From NCBI GenBank assembly GCA_036405975.1, contig DASWWM010000013.1, positions 40,649 through 104,648 of the forward strand: a stretch of DNA of 64,000 bases. The letters run 5' to 3'. This DNA is from Minisyncoccota bacterium (lineage in GTDB: Bacteria; Patescibacteriota; Minisyncoccia; Phycocordibacterales; CAIZLB01). Both the position numbers and the translations under genes were made by a program. Shown here one piece after another: positions 1-9,536 of this stretch (positions are counted from its first letter, which is position 1; each line of letters begins with the position of its first letter). The notes under the pieces were generated by a model that saw nothing but the letters and a program-made list of their open reading frames with translations, did no database searches and was not told the origin of the DNA.

Positions 1-2
1 CA

Positions 3-3000
3 AGCAGCAGCGCATCAACACAGGTAGGTCTCGGCGCCGGAGCATCGTTCAATTCTGGCAGCTACTACAATACCGCGATTGGCTATTATGCGATGACCAA
101 TACAACGTCATCCAGAAACACAGCTGTCGGATCGGGCGCGCTTCGATTCAATGTCTCTGGAATCTCGAACGTCGCATTCGGTAATGATGCCGCTGGCAGT
201 TCGCTTGCCAGCTACAATGTCGCAATCGGTGATTCTGCCTTGTACAGCGCTACGAGCAGCGGAAGCAATACCGCTGTCGGTCATTCGGCCTTGCTTTATG
301 CTATCGGGTCAGGCAATACGGCTCTCGGATATCTCGCTGGGCAAAACATCACTTCGGGCTCGAACAATATCATCATCGGCAATAACATATATGCGCAAAG
401 TGCCACAGCTTCAAACCAGCTCAGCATCGGCAATATCATCTTCGGTACGGGCGTCGACGGTTCCGGCACAAGCGTATCGTCTGGAAACATAGGAATCGGA
501 ACGACGACTCCCGGCTACAGGCTCGTAGTGTCAGGCGATCTTAATCTCACTGGTGCATTCAGGGCCAACGGTTCGGCTGGTACCGCAGGCATGGTTCTCC
601 AGACGACAGGCACAGGAGCGCAGTGGGTCGCCACTTCGACTCTTGGCATCAGCGGTGGATCGAGTCTTTCGGGAGGCGCCAATGGCTATCTTGCGCGATG
701 GACTTCTGCGACTACGCTTGCGACAAGCTCGGTTCTCGACAGCGGTACGAGAGCGGGAATCAATGCGACATCATCCTCTTATACATTTAACATACAGGGT
801 ACTGCAGGTATCAGTGCCTTCAATGTTGCATCATCCACCGGAACATCGCTGCTCATGGTCGGCGCGGATGGAAATATCGGTATCGGTACGACAACCGCTG
901 CGTCAAAGTTGGTGGTGGTGGGTGATGCATACGTGACAGGATCACTTCGAGTTTCAAACGGTACTTTACCCGTTGTAATTGGCGCGACTGACGGAAATAC
1001 GCGAGCGACAAATGCACTTGATCTTCAGTCATATCGAACGTGGTCATCTCAGGTTGCAAGTGGGGTAAGATCTACAGCTATAGGAAACAGAAACACAGCG
1101 TCTGGTGTAGATTCAATTGCAATCGGACAACTTAACACTCCGTCTGCGCTAGTATCTATCGCTCTCGGTAATAGTAACAGCGCATTCGGAGATTACGCTG
1201 TTGCCATAGGAGCAAGCAATTCTGCCGCAAGCAACTCGCAGGTTATAGGAAAGTTGAATACGGCATTGTACTTAAATTCGTCCGTGGTGGGAATTTCAAA
1301 CACGCTGTACGCGGGTTACTCGCAGGCATTTGGAAATTCGAACAGTCTGTTTGGCCTTACAGGATCAGTCGGTATCGGTACTTCGAACACGGCATATGGC
1401 GGCAACGCGACGATAATCGGGCAGGACAACACCAGTTCCGACGACTACAATGTCACTCTCGGATACAATAACTATGCATTTTCTGGAACGAGCGTGACGA
1501 TCGGCCACAATAATTCGGTTGATAATGGCGTGGGAGGAGGCTCTGATGTCATCACTGTAGGATCCTATAACACTGTTTCGGGCACTTCTTTTTACACATC
1601 AGCATTCGGTTCTTACAATACGATATCAGGCAGTACGTACTACAACGGAGCGTTCGGGTACCAGAACTCCGTCTCTGGAAACAGCTCGTATGCGATCGGA
1701 AGAAGCAATGCTGTGAGCGGCGAAAACTCTTACGTATTCGGTAATGGAATAACAAATGGTATCGGGGGGTCAGTAATGATCGGTACGAGCAATACGAACA
1801 AGATGACCCTTACGACAAATGGTTCGCTTGGCATCGGCACGACGACTCCTGCCTCGAAGCTCACGGTTGTCGGCAATGCCGGCACCTCTCCGATGTTCAC
1901 TGTCGCCTCATCGACTGGTCGAACGGCATTTGTCGTTCGTGCTGATGGCAATGTCGGCATTGGTACATCTACTCCGAATACGAATCTGTATATCGATGCA
2001 AGCTCGGGTACGGGCAATATCGGAGGGTATCAAATGGTGATTGAGGGCTCGCCGACCAATACCGCCCTTCTCGGTTTTAAAGTCGCAAACAATGAATGGT
2101 CGATCGGGGCAAGCAGTCTCGATGAGGATAAGTTCATGATCACATCAAGTCTTGGCTATACTCAGGACGCACTCGTCATTAACAGGAGCACTGGCAATGT
2201 CGGCATAGGATCGTCTACTCCATCTGCCAAACTATCCATCTTTAATCTGAGCGGAAACCAAGACTTGATCAATGTCTCTTCTTCAACTGGAGCGTCGATG
2301 TTCACTGTGAAGGCTTCAGGCAATGTCGGCATCGGAACGACTACTCCGTTCGCTCGTCTGCAGGTCGCGGGAGTAACCACGTCATCGGGAATTCCGTTGC
2401 TCGTCACGGACTCAGCGGGTGCTTCAGTGATTGCTGCTCGAGACAGTGGAACGGTTTCAATAGGAGCCCTATCTGCAGGATTATCAGGTTCGCAGCTCTC
2501 AAAAACCGGCAGCTTGAATGTTTACGGAACCAGCGCAACAATAAACATCGGACATGATTCATTCGATTACGGATACAAAATGGTAATCGGTCCAAGGTCC
2601 ATCACTACTACTGAGACTTCCGAAGATTCAAACGCCACGCTCTTCCTGAATTCAGCTTCGGGGGGACGCGTGAGCATCGGGACTACGACTGATGCCTCCC
2701 CTTATACGCTTCGAGTCGGAGGCGACATCAACTTCGGCGGCAATCTCTATCAGGACGGAGTCCTCTTTACGGGCGGTGGCGGTGCGAGCCCTTGGACCGT
2801 TTCCGGCTCTAAGCTGTATGCCACAAGTACGTCTGTCGGTGTCGGAACAACCAATCCGTTGGCAGCATTTGATATCGGCACTTCGACAAACGGAGTTGGA
2901 ACCATGCAGCCGATGCTTCGGTTCAGCTACACTCCGGATGTCACGTACTCAAGTGCCATCAAGACAAGCACAGGCGGATCGATCGGCCAGAATCAGATGG

Positions 3001-5072
3001 GCTTCTTCATCACGCGTAACGGCACCGAGCTCAACCCGCTTCTCCTGTCAGACAGCGGTATTACGCTTACGGGAACGACTACCGTTGCAGGCATCTTGAA
3101 TCTCAACAGCGCAAATGCCGATACGGGCAAGGCTCTTACGGTGAGGAGCGTGACCAACGATGCACGAGACGGAGGTATCAAGATTGTCGCGCAGAACCAG
3201 AGCCAGTGGATGACGCTCGGTTGGGGCGGGTTGGGAAGCACGTATACGCTGGATTTCTCATCAGGGTCCGGTTCTGACATCACATTTGTCTCAGGCAACA
3301 ATACAGTCTTTTCGACTGGCAATGTGGGCGTAGGGACTACAGCTCCCGATGCGAAGCTCTCCATCATCGGAGGGACAAGCACTCCCGCTTTGAGCATCGC
3401 GACGAGCACAACCGGCATCAAGTTGCTTCACGTTACATCGACGACTACGGGTGTTATGGACTATGCGCGAGTCGGTATCGGAACGACTGGAAACTGGAGC
3501 GGTCCCGACCTTCTCGACCAGCTCACCGTCTCTGGTCGAGTGTACACTACATGGAGATACGCATCGTGTGACCTTGCGGGAATGAGCGTTATCGCGACAC
3601 TTCTTGCGAACACGGCAAACATATGTGGACAGTTCTCATTTGTGGAGGATGCTGACGGAGCGCTCGAGGTAATGACTACGGCGAATCCAAACTATATGAG
3701 GCTTCGAGCCTCAACCGCCGGAAGCCTTGCCGTCGGTGAAGGCGCTTCGCTGCGATCATGGGTCAATTTTGTGTCGACGAATGAGAACCCTATCCTTGAA
3801 GCATGGGTAAGGCCGCAAAGCGGAGTTACGAATGCAAGATACATGGTAGGGTTTATGGATTCCGCTACGGATGTTGCTGCTGACCCTACGAACGGGGTGT
3901 ATTTCAATGCGATTTCTAGCGGAGGAGGGAATTGGTTCGCGGTCAACAGGTCTGGCGGAGTCATGACATTCGTCGACACGGGCGTTGCGATATCGACTAC
4001 CGCATTCCAGAAGCTCCGAGTGGAAACGACGCCGGTCGCCTCGTACTTCTACATTGACGGGGTCCGCGTGGCTACCATAACTGCCGATATTCCAACGGCA
4101 AACATGTCACCGAATGCATCCGTCGCGCTTATTACCACTGCTGATGCGGTCAAGTATTTGGACATATCGCTTATCCGACTTTGGGTTGATGACCCTCTCG
4201 GCGGCTATCTAGCAGGCAACGAAGCGGACACGAACTTGATGAGGATGGCGGCCGGAGCATCGACGACGCTCGAATCTGTTCTCGACAGCGCGTCGACGAC
4301 GGCTGCGGCGAAAGGCCTCGTGACTGAAGCGGTGACGTCACTGTATGACTATGTCATCTCAGGCATCGAGTTCACTGCAGATGTCATTACGCGAAACGTT
4401 GTGGCGCTCAATGCGACAATAAAGAATGTCTTCGCAAGCGTCCTGTCGATCATGCCTGGAGGTTCGATCATCGTGCCGCAAGGAGAGAATCAGATTTCAG
4501 GATCAGCAACGCTTCCGCTCGGAATGACGTCGGTCACGGTCTTAAATTCTTCAGTGCTCGATACGAGCAAGATTCTCGTGACGCCGACGTCGCTCATGTC
4601 GACTCCGCTCATTGTGACGCAGAAGATTCCCGGCGTCGGATTCGTGGTGCAGACCATGAATGCGCAGTCGACGGACGCGACATTCGACTGGGTTATCATC
4701 CAGACATACAAGACCGGCAACGACACCAAGACGACTGGCGGCGCGGTATCGGGCAGCAGCAATGCCGGTTCTGGTGGCGACAACGCGGAGGTTCCGCCAG
4801 GCGGAGACACCCTGGGAGGGGGATCTGGCCAGTCGCCGGCATCGTCGACGCCGGACGGTACGAATCCCCCTGAAGGCGAAGGGTCTGACAGCTCAGGCGG
4901 TACGGGGACAGGCGGGGAAGCAGAGAATCCCGTGACTCCTCCTGCTGAAAATCCATCGGCAGGTGACCAGGATCCCCCTGCGATAGACCCTGCCCCTCTG
5001 CCTGAAATTTCAATGCCTGCTCCAGAGCCGACGGCTCCAAGTGACGGAGACGCGCCTGCTGGACAGTCATAA
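3..5072 (+). CDS. Giant Ser/Thr/Gly-rich surface protein/adhesin, 5'-truncated (YadA-head-like and GNVGIGTTxP repeats, lectin-like domain, Pro/acidic tail)
   Basis: Frame is open from position 3 (SSSASTQVGLG...), so the true start is upstream of the window. Repeated NxAxGxxSxAIG and GNVGIGTTTP motifs; C-terminal Pro/Glu/Gly low-complexity tail. Confidence 0.8.
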   Translation, partial: SSSASTQVGLGAGASFNSGSYYNTAIGYYAMTNTTSSRNTAVGSGALRFNVSGISNVAFGNDAAGSSLASYNVAIGDSALYSATSSGSNTAVGHSALLYAIGSGNTALGYLAGQNITSGSNNIIIGNNIYAQSATASNQLSIGNIIFGTGVDGSGTSVSSGNIGIGTTTPGYRLVVSGDLNLTGAFRANGSAGTAGMVLQTTGTGAQWVATSTLGISGGSSLSGGANGYLARWTSATTLATSSVLDSGTRAGINATSSSYTFNIQGTAGISAFNVASSTGTSLLMVGADGNIGIGTTTAASKLVVVGDAYVTGSLRVSNGTLPVVIGATDGNTRATNALDLQSYRTWSSQVASGVRSTAIGNRNTASGVDSIAIGQLNTPSALVSIALGNSNSAFGDYAVAIGASNSAASNSQVIGKLNTALYLNSSVVGISNTLYAGYSQAFGNSNSLFGLTGSVGIGTSNTAYGGNATIIGQDNTSSDDYNVTLGYNNYAFSGTSVTIGHNNSVDNGVGGGSDVITVGSYNTVSGTSFYTSAFGSYNTISGSTYYNGAFGYQNSVSGNSSYAIGRSNAVSGENSYVFGNGITNGIGGSVMIGTSNTNKMTLTTNGSLGIGTTTPASKLTVVGNAGTSPMFTVASSTGRTAFVVRADGNVGIGTSTPNTNLYIDASSGTGNIGGYQMVIEGSPTNTALLGFKVANNEWSIGASSLDEDKFMITSSLGYTQDALVINRSTGNVGIGSSTPSAKLSIFNLSGNQDLINVSSSTGASMFTVKASGNVGIGTTTPFARLQVAGVTTSSGIPLLVTDSAGASVIAARDSGTVSIGALSAGLSGSQLSKTGSLNVYGTSATINIGHDSFDYGYKMVIGPRSITTTETSEDSNATLFLNSASGGRVSIGTTTDASPYTLRVGGDINFGGNLYQDGVLFTGGGGASPWTVSGSKLYATSTSVGVGTTNPLAAFDIGTSTNGVGTMQPMLRFSYTPDVTYSSAIKTSTGGSIGQNQMGFFITRNGTELNPLLLSDSGITLTGTTTVAGILNLNSANADTGKALTVRSVTNDARDGGIKIVAQNQSQWMTLGWGGLGSTYTLDFSSGSGSDITFVSGNNTVFSTGNVGVGTTAPDAKLSIIGGTSTPALSIATSTTGIKLLHVTSTTTGVMDYARVGIGTTGNWSGPDLLDQLTVSGRVYTTWRYASCDLAGMSVIATLLANTANICGQFSFVEDADGALEVMTTANPNYMRLRASTAGSLAVGEGASLRSWVNFVSTNENPILEAWVRPQSGVTNARYMVGFMDSATDVAADPTNGVYFNAISSGGGNWFAVNRSGGVMTFVDTGVAISTTAFQKLRVETTPVASYFYIDGVRVATITADIPTANMSPNASVALITTADAVKYLDISLIRLWVDDPLGGYLAGNEADTNLMRMAAGASTTLESVLDSASTTAAAKGLVTEAVTSLYDYVISGIEFTADVITRNVVALNATIKNVFASVLSIMPGGSIIVPQGENQISGSATLPLGMTSVTVLNSSVLDTSKILVTPTSLMSTPLIVTQKIPGVGFVVQTMNAQSTDATFDWVIIQTYKTGNDTKTTGGAVSGSSNAGSGGDNAEVPPGGDTLGGGSGQSPASSTPDGTNPPEGEGSDSSGGTGTGGEAENPVTPPAENPSAGDQDPPAIDPAPLPEISMPAPEPTAPSDGDAPAGQS

Positions 5073-5108
5073 AACGCAGCCTCAGAACGAAGCTGCGTTT
5101 TACTTTTT
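5071..5108 (+). terminator. Rho-independent terminator
   Basis: aaaacgcagc...gctgcgtttt stem followed by T-rich tract, right after the adhesin stop. Confidence 0.7.
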
Positions 5109-5197
5109 CTTCATAACTAATCAACACGTACTCTCAAGGCTAACGAATGTCCGTGATATAATCAGTGGCATATTCATTAGCATGTAACAAAAGAACC

Positions 5198-5773
5198 ATG
5201 ATGTCACCAAAAGAAAAGGAAGCATACAGCGATTCGGTCCAGGCTACGATGGAAGGAACGCCTATTACCATTACAAAAAAAAGAAAGCCTCGGCGATTGC
5301 TCTCGAATCTCCTCACCGTCATCCTTCTTCTTGCCGTAGTCGCCCTCGGATACGGGTATTATCAGAAGCAGAATGAGCTAAAGATGCTCAAGGATCCTGC
5401 CGCTCAGGCAGAAGTGGCCCGAAAGGATGCCATTGCCGTCGCTGCTCAGGCATCAAGCATCGTTCTTCTTCCTGAAGGCGAGGAGGTTCCAGAAGTTCTT
5501 ACCATCAATGATGCGGAGCTTGCAATCAAGGAGCAGCCCAACCTTGCAGGAGTTGTCACGGGAGACAAGATTCTTCTCTACGTAACAAGCGGGAAGGCCA
5601 TCGTGTACAGTCCTTCCAGAAACAAGATCGTGAACATTCTCCCGGTCGTACTTCAGCGACCTCAGGGGCAGGGAACGACAAATACGCAGACAAATACGAG
5701 CGCCAATACGCAGAGCAGCTCAAACGGCACGACGTCTCGAAGCGCGAATACGTCTGCAAACGACGAAGAATAA
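5198..5773 (+). CDS. Hypothetical single-pass membrane protein with Thr/Ser/Asn-rich tail
   Basis: Basic stretch, then TM LLTVILLLAVVALGYGYY; ATG at 5198; TGaTATAAT upstream near 5154-5162. Confidence 0.7.
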   Translation: MMSPKEKEAYSDSVQATMEGTPITITKKRKPRRLLSNLLTVILLLAVVALGYGYYQKQNELKMLKDPAAQAEVARKDAIAVAAQASSIVLLPEGEEVPEVLTINDAELAIKEQPNLAGVVTGDKILLYVTSGKAIVYSPSRNKIVNILPVVLQRPQGQGTTNTQTNTSANTQSSSNGTTSRSANTSANDEE

Positions 5774-5798
5774 GAGCCGAAAGGCTGATAGGAATGAG

Positions 5799-5828
5799 AA
5801 TGCTGCCCCAACCAGGGCAGCATTTTTC
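5799..5828 (+). terminator. Rho-independent terminator
   Basis: aatgctgccc/gggcagcatt stem plus T-run. Confidence 0.65.
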
Positions 5829-5881
5829 TGTTGCATATACTATAATGGGTGCATACCAGTTTAAACCAGTAAAGAAGAACC

Positions 5882-6910
5882 ATGACCCAGAAAAAAGTTG
5901 CCATTAACGGAGCGGGACGAATCGGAAGAGCATTCCTCAAGCTTGCAGTCGAGAATCCTGAACTTCAGGTAGTTGCCATCAATGACCTCGCGGACATTGA
6001 GAACATTGCATACCTCATGAAATACGACAGCGCATACGGAAGAAGCAATCTCGACATCAAGGCCGATAAGGCAAAAGGAGAGCTTGTTATCAATGGCAAT
6101 GTGGTCAAGTATGTAAGCGAAAAGGATCCCGCCTTGCTTCCATGGAAAGACTTGGGCGTGGACATCGTTCTCGAGTCTACGGGACTCTTCACCTCATACG
6201 AGAAGGCGAGCTCACATATGACCGCTGGCGCAAAGCGAGTGGTCATCTCGGCCCCTGCAAAAGACGATGCCGGAGCGCAGCAGGCCGCAACGGTCCTCAT
6301 GGGAATCAATGCCGATGACATGAAGACATGCCCTGTCACTTCGAATGCATCATGCACGACGAATGCGGCGAGCCCGCTCATCTCCATTCTTCATGAGAAG
6401 ATCGGAATCGAGAAGGCGATCCTCAATACGACTCATGCATACACTGCAAGCCAGGCACTTGTCGATGCTCCAAACAAGAAGGACTGGAGGGAAGGAAGGG
6501 CAGCTGCCATGAATATGGCGCCTTCTTCTACTGGTGCGGCTGTGGCAACCACGAAAGTGATAACTGATCTCAAGGGCAAGTTTGATGGAATCGCAGTCCG
6601 CGTTCCGGTGATCACGGGGTCACTTGTGGATGTGACGTTCATTTCGAAGCGACCGACTACGGTCGAAGAGGTAAATGACCTTCTTCGAGCCGCGGCAAAA
6701 GAGTCGCGATGGCAGGGAATCTTCGATGCGACTGATGAGGAGCTCGTATCGCGAGACATTATCGGAAATCCGCACGCATCCATTGCTGACCTTAAAATGA
6801 CTCGAGTTGTTGATGGAAACCTCGTAAAGGTCCTTGCGTGGTATGACAATGAAGGCGGGTACACTCACGCACTTGTCCGACATGTCGTCGATGCGGCAAA
6901 GCTTATTTAA
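5882..6910 (+). CDS. gap: Type I glyceraldehyde-3-phosphate dehydrogenase
   Basis: INGAGRIGR Rossmann motif, SNASCTTN catalytic motif, WYDNE. Confidence 0.97.
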   Translation: MTQKKVAINGAGRIGRAFLKLAVENPELQVVAINDLADIENIAYLMKYDSAYGRSNLDIKADKAKGELVINGNVVKYVSEKDPALLPWKDLGVDIVLESTGLFTSYEKASSHMTAGAKRVVISAPAKDDAGAQQAATVLMGINADDMKTCPVTSNASCTTNAASPLISILHEKIGIEKAILNTTHAYTASQALVDAPNKKDWREGRAAAMNMAPSSTGAAVATTKVITDLKGKFDGIAVRVPVITGSLVDVTFISKRPTTVEEVNDLLRAAAKESRWQGIFDATDEELVSRDIIGNPHASIADLKMTRVVDGNLVKVLAWYDNEGGYTHALVRHVVDAAKLI

Positions 6911-6933
6911 TCTGGATAATTCATCTCAAAAGC

Positions 6934-7251
6934 ATGATTAAACTTGAAGGTCCGGGAATGGATGCTAACAAGATAGAGGAAGAACGAGCGGGCATGTTTC
7001 AGGACATGGAAGGTCCTTTGGCTGAACGGTGGAAAAAGTTCAGCGTCGAGGATCAGGACACAATAGCAAATGCCCTTGCAGAAATAACCGGTGACGGACC
7101 AGGCATAGTCGGTGTGATTTCGGAAGAGAAGGCTGGTCGATTCATTGAGCACCTCAGGACCTATCTCTCCCCGAATTCGTCTGGCGACTTGAAAGAGGCT
7201 GCAGCTGATGCGATCAGGAGAGCTGTCTCGGATGAGGGCATTACAGAGTAG
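6934..7251 (+). CDS. Hypothetical acidic protein
   Basis: 105-aa ORF filling the gap-rpiB interval on the operon strand; no recognisable motif. Confidence 0.55.
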   Translation: MIKLEGPGMDANKIEEERAGMFQDMEGPLAERWKKFSVEDQDTIANALAEITGDGPGIVGVISEEKAGRFIEHLRTYLSPNSSGDLKEAAADAIRRAVSDEGITE

Positions 7252-7273
7252 TTTCGAGCGTATACACACAATC

Positions 7274-7807
7274 ATGAATGTTTTCATTGGATCAGATCAT
7301 GCAGGGTTCGAGCTCAAGGAGTCTCTGAGGAAGGCGCTTGGGGAAATAGGGTACAGGGTCATAGACTGTGGAGCATTCGCGTATCATCCTGAGGACGACT
7401 ATCCGTTCTTCATTTCGAAGGTGGCGCGAGCCGTCTCAGAGGCTGAAGCTGTCAGGGATTCTGAAGAGAATCTGCCGCATATCGTGGCCGGCGAGCGCGG
7501 AGCAGAAAGCGTGACTCGTGGGATTGTCATCGGTGGCTCAGGTCAGGGGGAGGCGATAGTCGCCAATAAGTTCCCTCACGTTCGCGCCGCTCTCTGTTAC
7601 GGCGGAGAAAGTGCCGGGAAGATCGTCGAGCTTTCAAGGGAGCATAATGATGCAAATGTCCTTTCTCTCGGTGCTCGATTCATCTCGGAGGACCAGGCGC
7701 TTGAGCTTGTCATCAAGTGGCTCAACGCTCCGTTTTCCGGAGATTCGAGACATGTCCGAAGGATCCATGAGATAGAAGAAATAAAGCATAGGCCTCTCTA
7801 CGAATAA
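7274..7807 (+). CDS. rpiB: Ribose-5-phosphate isomerase B (Glu-type active site)
   Basis: GSDHAG, DDYP, GGSGQGE, ANK, REHNDAN, RHVRRI motifs; start reassigned to ATG 7274. Confidence 0.93.
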   Translation: MNVFIGSDHAGFELKESLRKALGEIGYRVIDCGAFAYHPEDDYPFFISKVARAVSEAEAVRDSEENLPHIVAGERGAESVTRGIVIGGSGQGEAIVANKFPHVRAALCYGGESAGKIVELSREHNDANVLSLGARFISEDQALELVIKWLNAPFSGDSRHVRRIHEIEEIKHRPLYE

Positions 7808-7831
7808 AAAATCAAAGAATCATTTAGCTAC

Positions 7832-8554
7832 ATGAACAAAGAACAAATCACCCACATTATTCCCGCTGTATTTGCAGTCGATTACAACGATTTCGTTGAT
7901 CAGCTCGACTCCATATACGATATCGTCTCGAGAGTTCAGATTGACGTCGTCGACGGATCCTTTGCCACGAAGAAGACGTGGCCTTTTGATGGCGATGCCG
8001 GCCAGGAATTTCCAAAGATCGTCCGGCAGGAACAGGGCTTGCCTCATTGGGAAGAGGTCGAGTTCGAGGTGGACATCATGTCCCAGAATACGGCATTTGT
8101 AGTCGACCAATGGATCGCAGCCGGTGCCTCGAGAGTCATCGTTCACAAAAGGAATGTCACTGACAGCGAATCGCTCTTGAAGATAGCCGAGGCTGTCCGC
8201 GAGAAAGGGGTAGAGTTCATGGTTGCTTTTGAGCCGAAAGAGACGCTTGAATTGATCAAGGATTTTGCCGGCCTCGTCATCGATGGAGGATTTCTCGATG
8301 GGATTCAGGTCATGGGAATCGACAAGGTCGGATTCCAGAATCAGGATTTTAACCCTAAGGCTCTTCAGCTTATTGCAAGCATCAGGAAGGAATGGCCGGA
8401 CATGCCTCTCTCGGTTGACGGAGGGGTGAGCTTCGACAATGCACGGGCGCTGATCGATGCCGGCGCTACTCGACTTGTTTCAGGATCAGCGATCATGCAT
8501 TCCGAGATGCCTCGCGATGCGATCGAGCGGTTTGAGGAGATTTGTCAGGATTAG
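7832..8554 (+). CDS. rpe: Ribulose-phosphate 3-epimerase (divergent)
   Basis: IIPAV, QIDVVDG, QVMG..VGFQNQ.F, VDGGV, GA..LVSGSAI; pentose phosphate operon context. Confidence 0.85.
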   Translation: MNKEQITHIIPAVFAVDYNDFVDQLDSIYDIVSRVQIDVVDGSFATKKTWPFDGDAGQEFPKIVRQEQGLPHWEEVEFEVDIMSQNTAFVVDQWIAAGASRVIVHKRNVTDSESLLKIAEAVREKGVEFMVAFEPKETLELIKDFAGLVIDGGFLDGIQVMGIDKVGFQNQDFNPKALQLIASIRKEWPDMPLSVDGGVSFDNARALIDAGATRLVSGSAIMHSEMPRDAIERFEEICQD

Positions 8555-8591
8555 TCTTTTCGATAATACAGGGTCGGTCTAAGTGAATAAG

Positions 8592-8641
8592 ATGGCCGGC
8601 CGAAGAGACAGAAGTTTTCCACCGTCTCTTCGGCCGGCCAT
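8592..8641. repeat. Perfect 18-bp inverted repeat between rpe and tkt
   Basis: atggccggccgaagagac ... gtctcttcggccggccat. Confidence 0.85.
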
Positions 8642-8659
8642 TTGCTATACTGTATTCGT

Positions 8660-9535
8660 ATGTTTCTTACCGACGAACAAGTTCAGGAACTCGAGGCAAA
8701 GGCGAAATCCATTCGCGTAAGCATCATCGAGATGCTGGCCGAAGCAAAGTCAGGCCATCCGGGCGGTCCGCTCGGCATGGCTGACATCTTTGCGGCTCTC
8801 TATTTCAATATACTCAAGCATGATCCGAAGAATCCTGCATGGCCTGAACGCGACCGATTCATCCTCTCAAACGGCCATATCTGTCCCGTACTGTATGCCG
8901 CAATGGCTCACTCTGGATATTTCCCAGTAGAAGAGTTGAAGACACTTCGCAAGTTCGGCTCAAGGCTCCAGGGCCATCCCCACAGGGAATTTCTTCCCGC
9001 ATTGGAAAACAGCTCGGGTCCTCTCGGATCCGGTCTTTCTCAGGCTGTCGGCATGGCCATAGCTGACAAGATCGATCATGGAAAATTGTCGCCTCGCTTC
9101 GTCTATTGCTCGCTCGGCGACGGAGAGCTCAACGAGGGCCAGAACTGGGAGGCCATCATGCTTGCGTCAAAGGAGAAGCTTGGAAACCTTATCGCCATCA
9201 TTGACCGAAACAATATCCAGATTGACGGGTACACGGAAGATGTAATGCCCCTTGCCCCTGTCTATGACAAATGGAAAGCGTTCGGTTGGCATGTGCAGGA
9301 AATCGACGGTCATGACATGCGGGCTATCGTGGGTGCCGTAAGCGAAGCCAAGGCGTCATTCGACAGGCCATCGGTCATCATTGCCCATACCATACCGGGC
9401 AGGGGTGTCTCATACATGGAGAAGCGGTACGAATGGCATGGAACGCCGCCGGGAATATCAGAAGTTTCAGGGGCTCCTGAGAAGGCAAAGCAGGTCGAGG
9501 TTGCACTGGCTGAATTGAAAAATAATAACATCTAA
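8660..9535 (+). CDS. tkt: Transketolase, N-terminal (TPP-binding) subunit
   Basis: SGHPGG, RDRFILSNGH, LQGHP, GDGELNEG TPP motif; ATG 8660 lies 8 nt after TATACT. Confidence 0.95.
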   Translation: MFLTDEQVQELEAKAKSIRVSIIEMLAEAKSGHPGGPLGMADIFAALYFNILKHDPKNPAWPERDRFILSNGHICPVLYAAMAHSGYFPVEELKTLRKFGSRLQGHPHREFLPALENSSGPLGSGLSQAVGMAIADKIDHGKLSPRFVYCSLGDGELNEGQNWEAIMLASKEKLGNLIAIIDRNNIQIDGYTEDVMPLAPVYDKWKAFGWHVQEIDGHDMRAIVGAVSEAKASFDRPSVIIAHTIPGRGVSYMEKRYEWHGTPPGISEVSGAPEKAKQVEVALAELKNNNI

Positions 9536-9536
9536 C

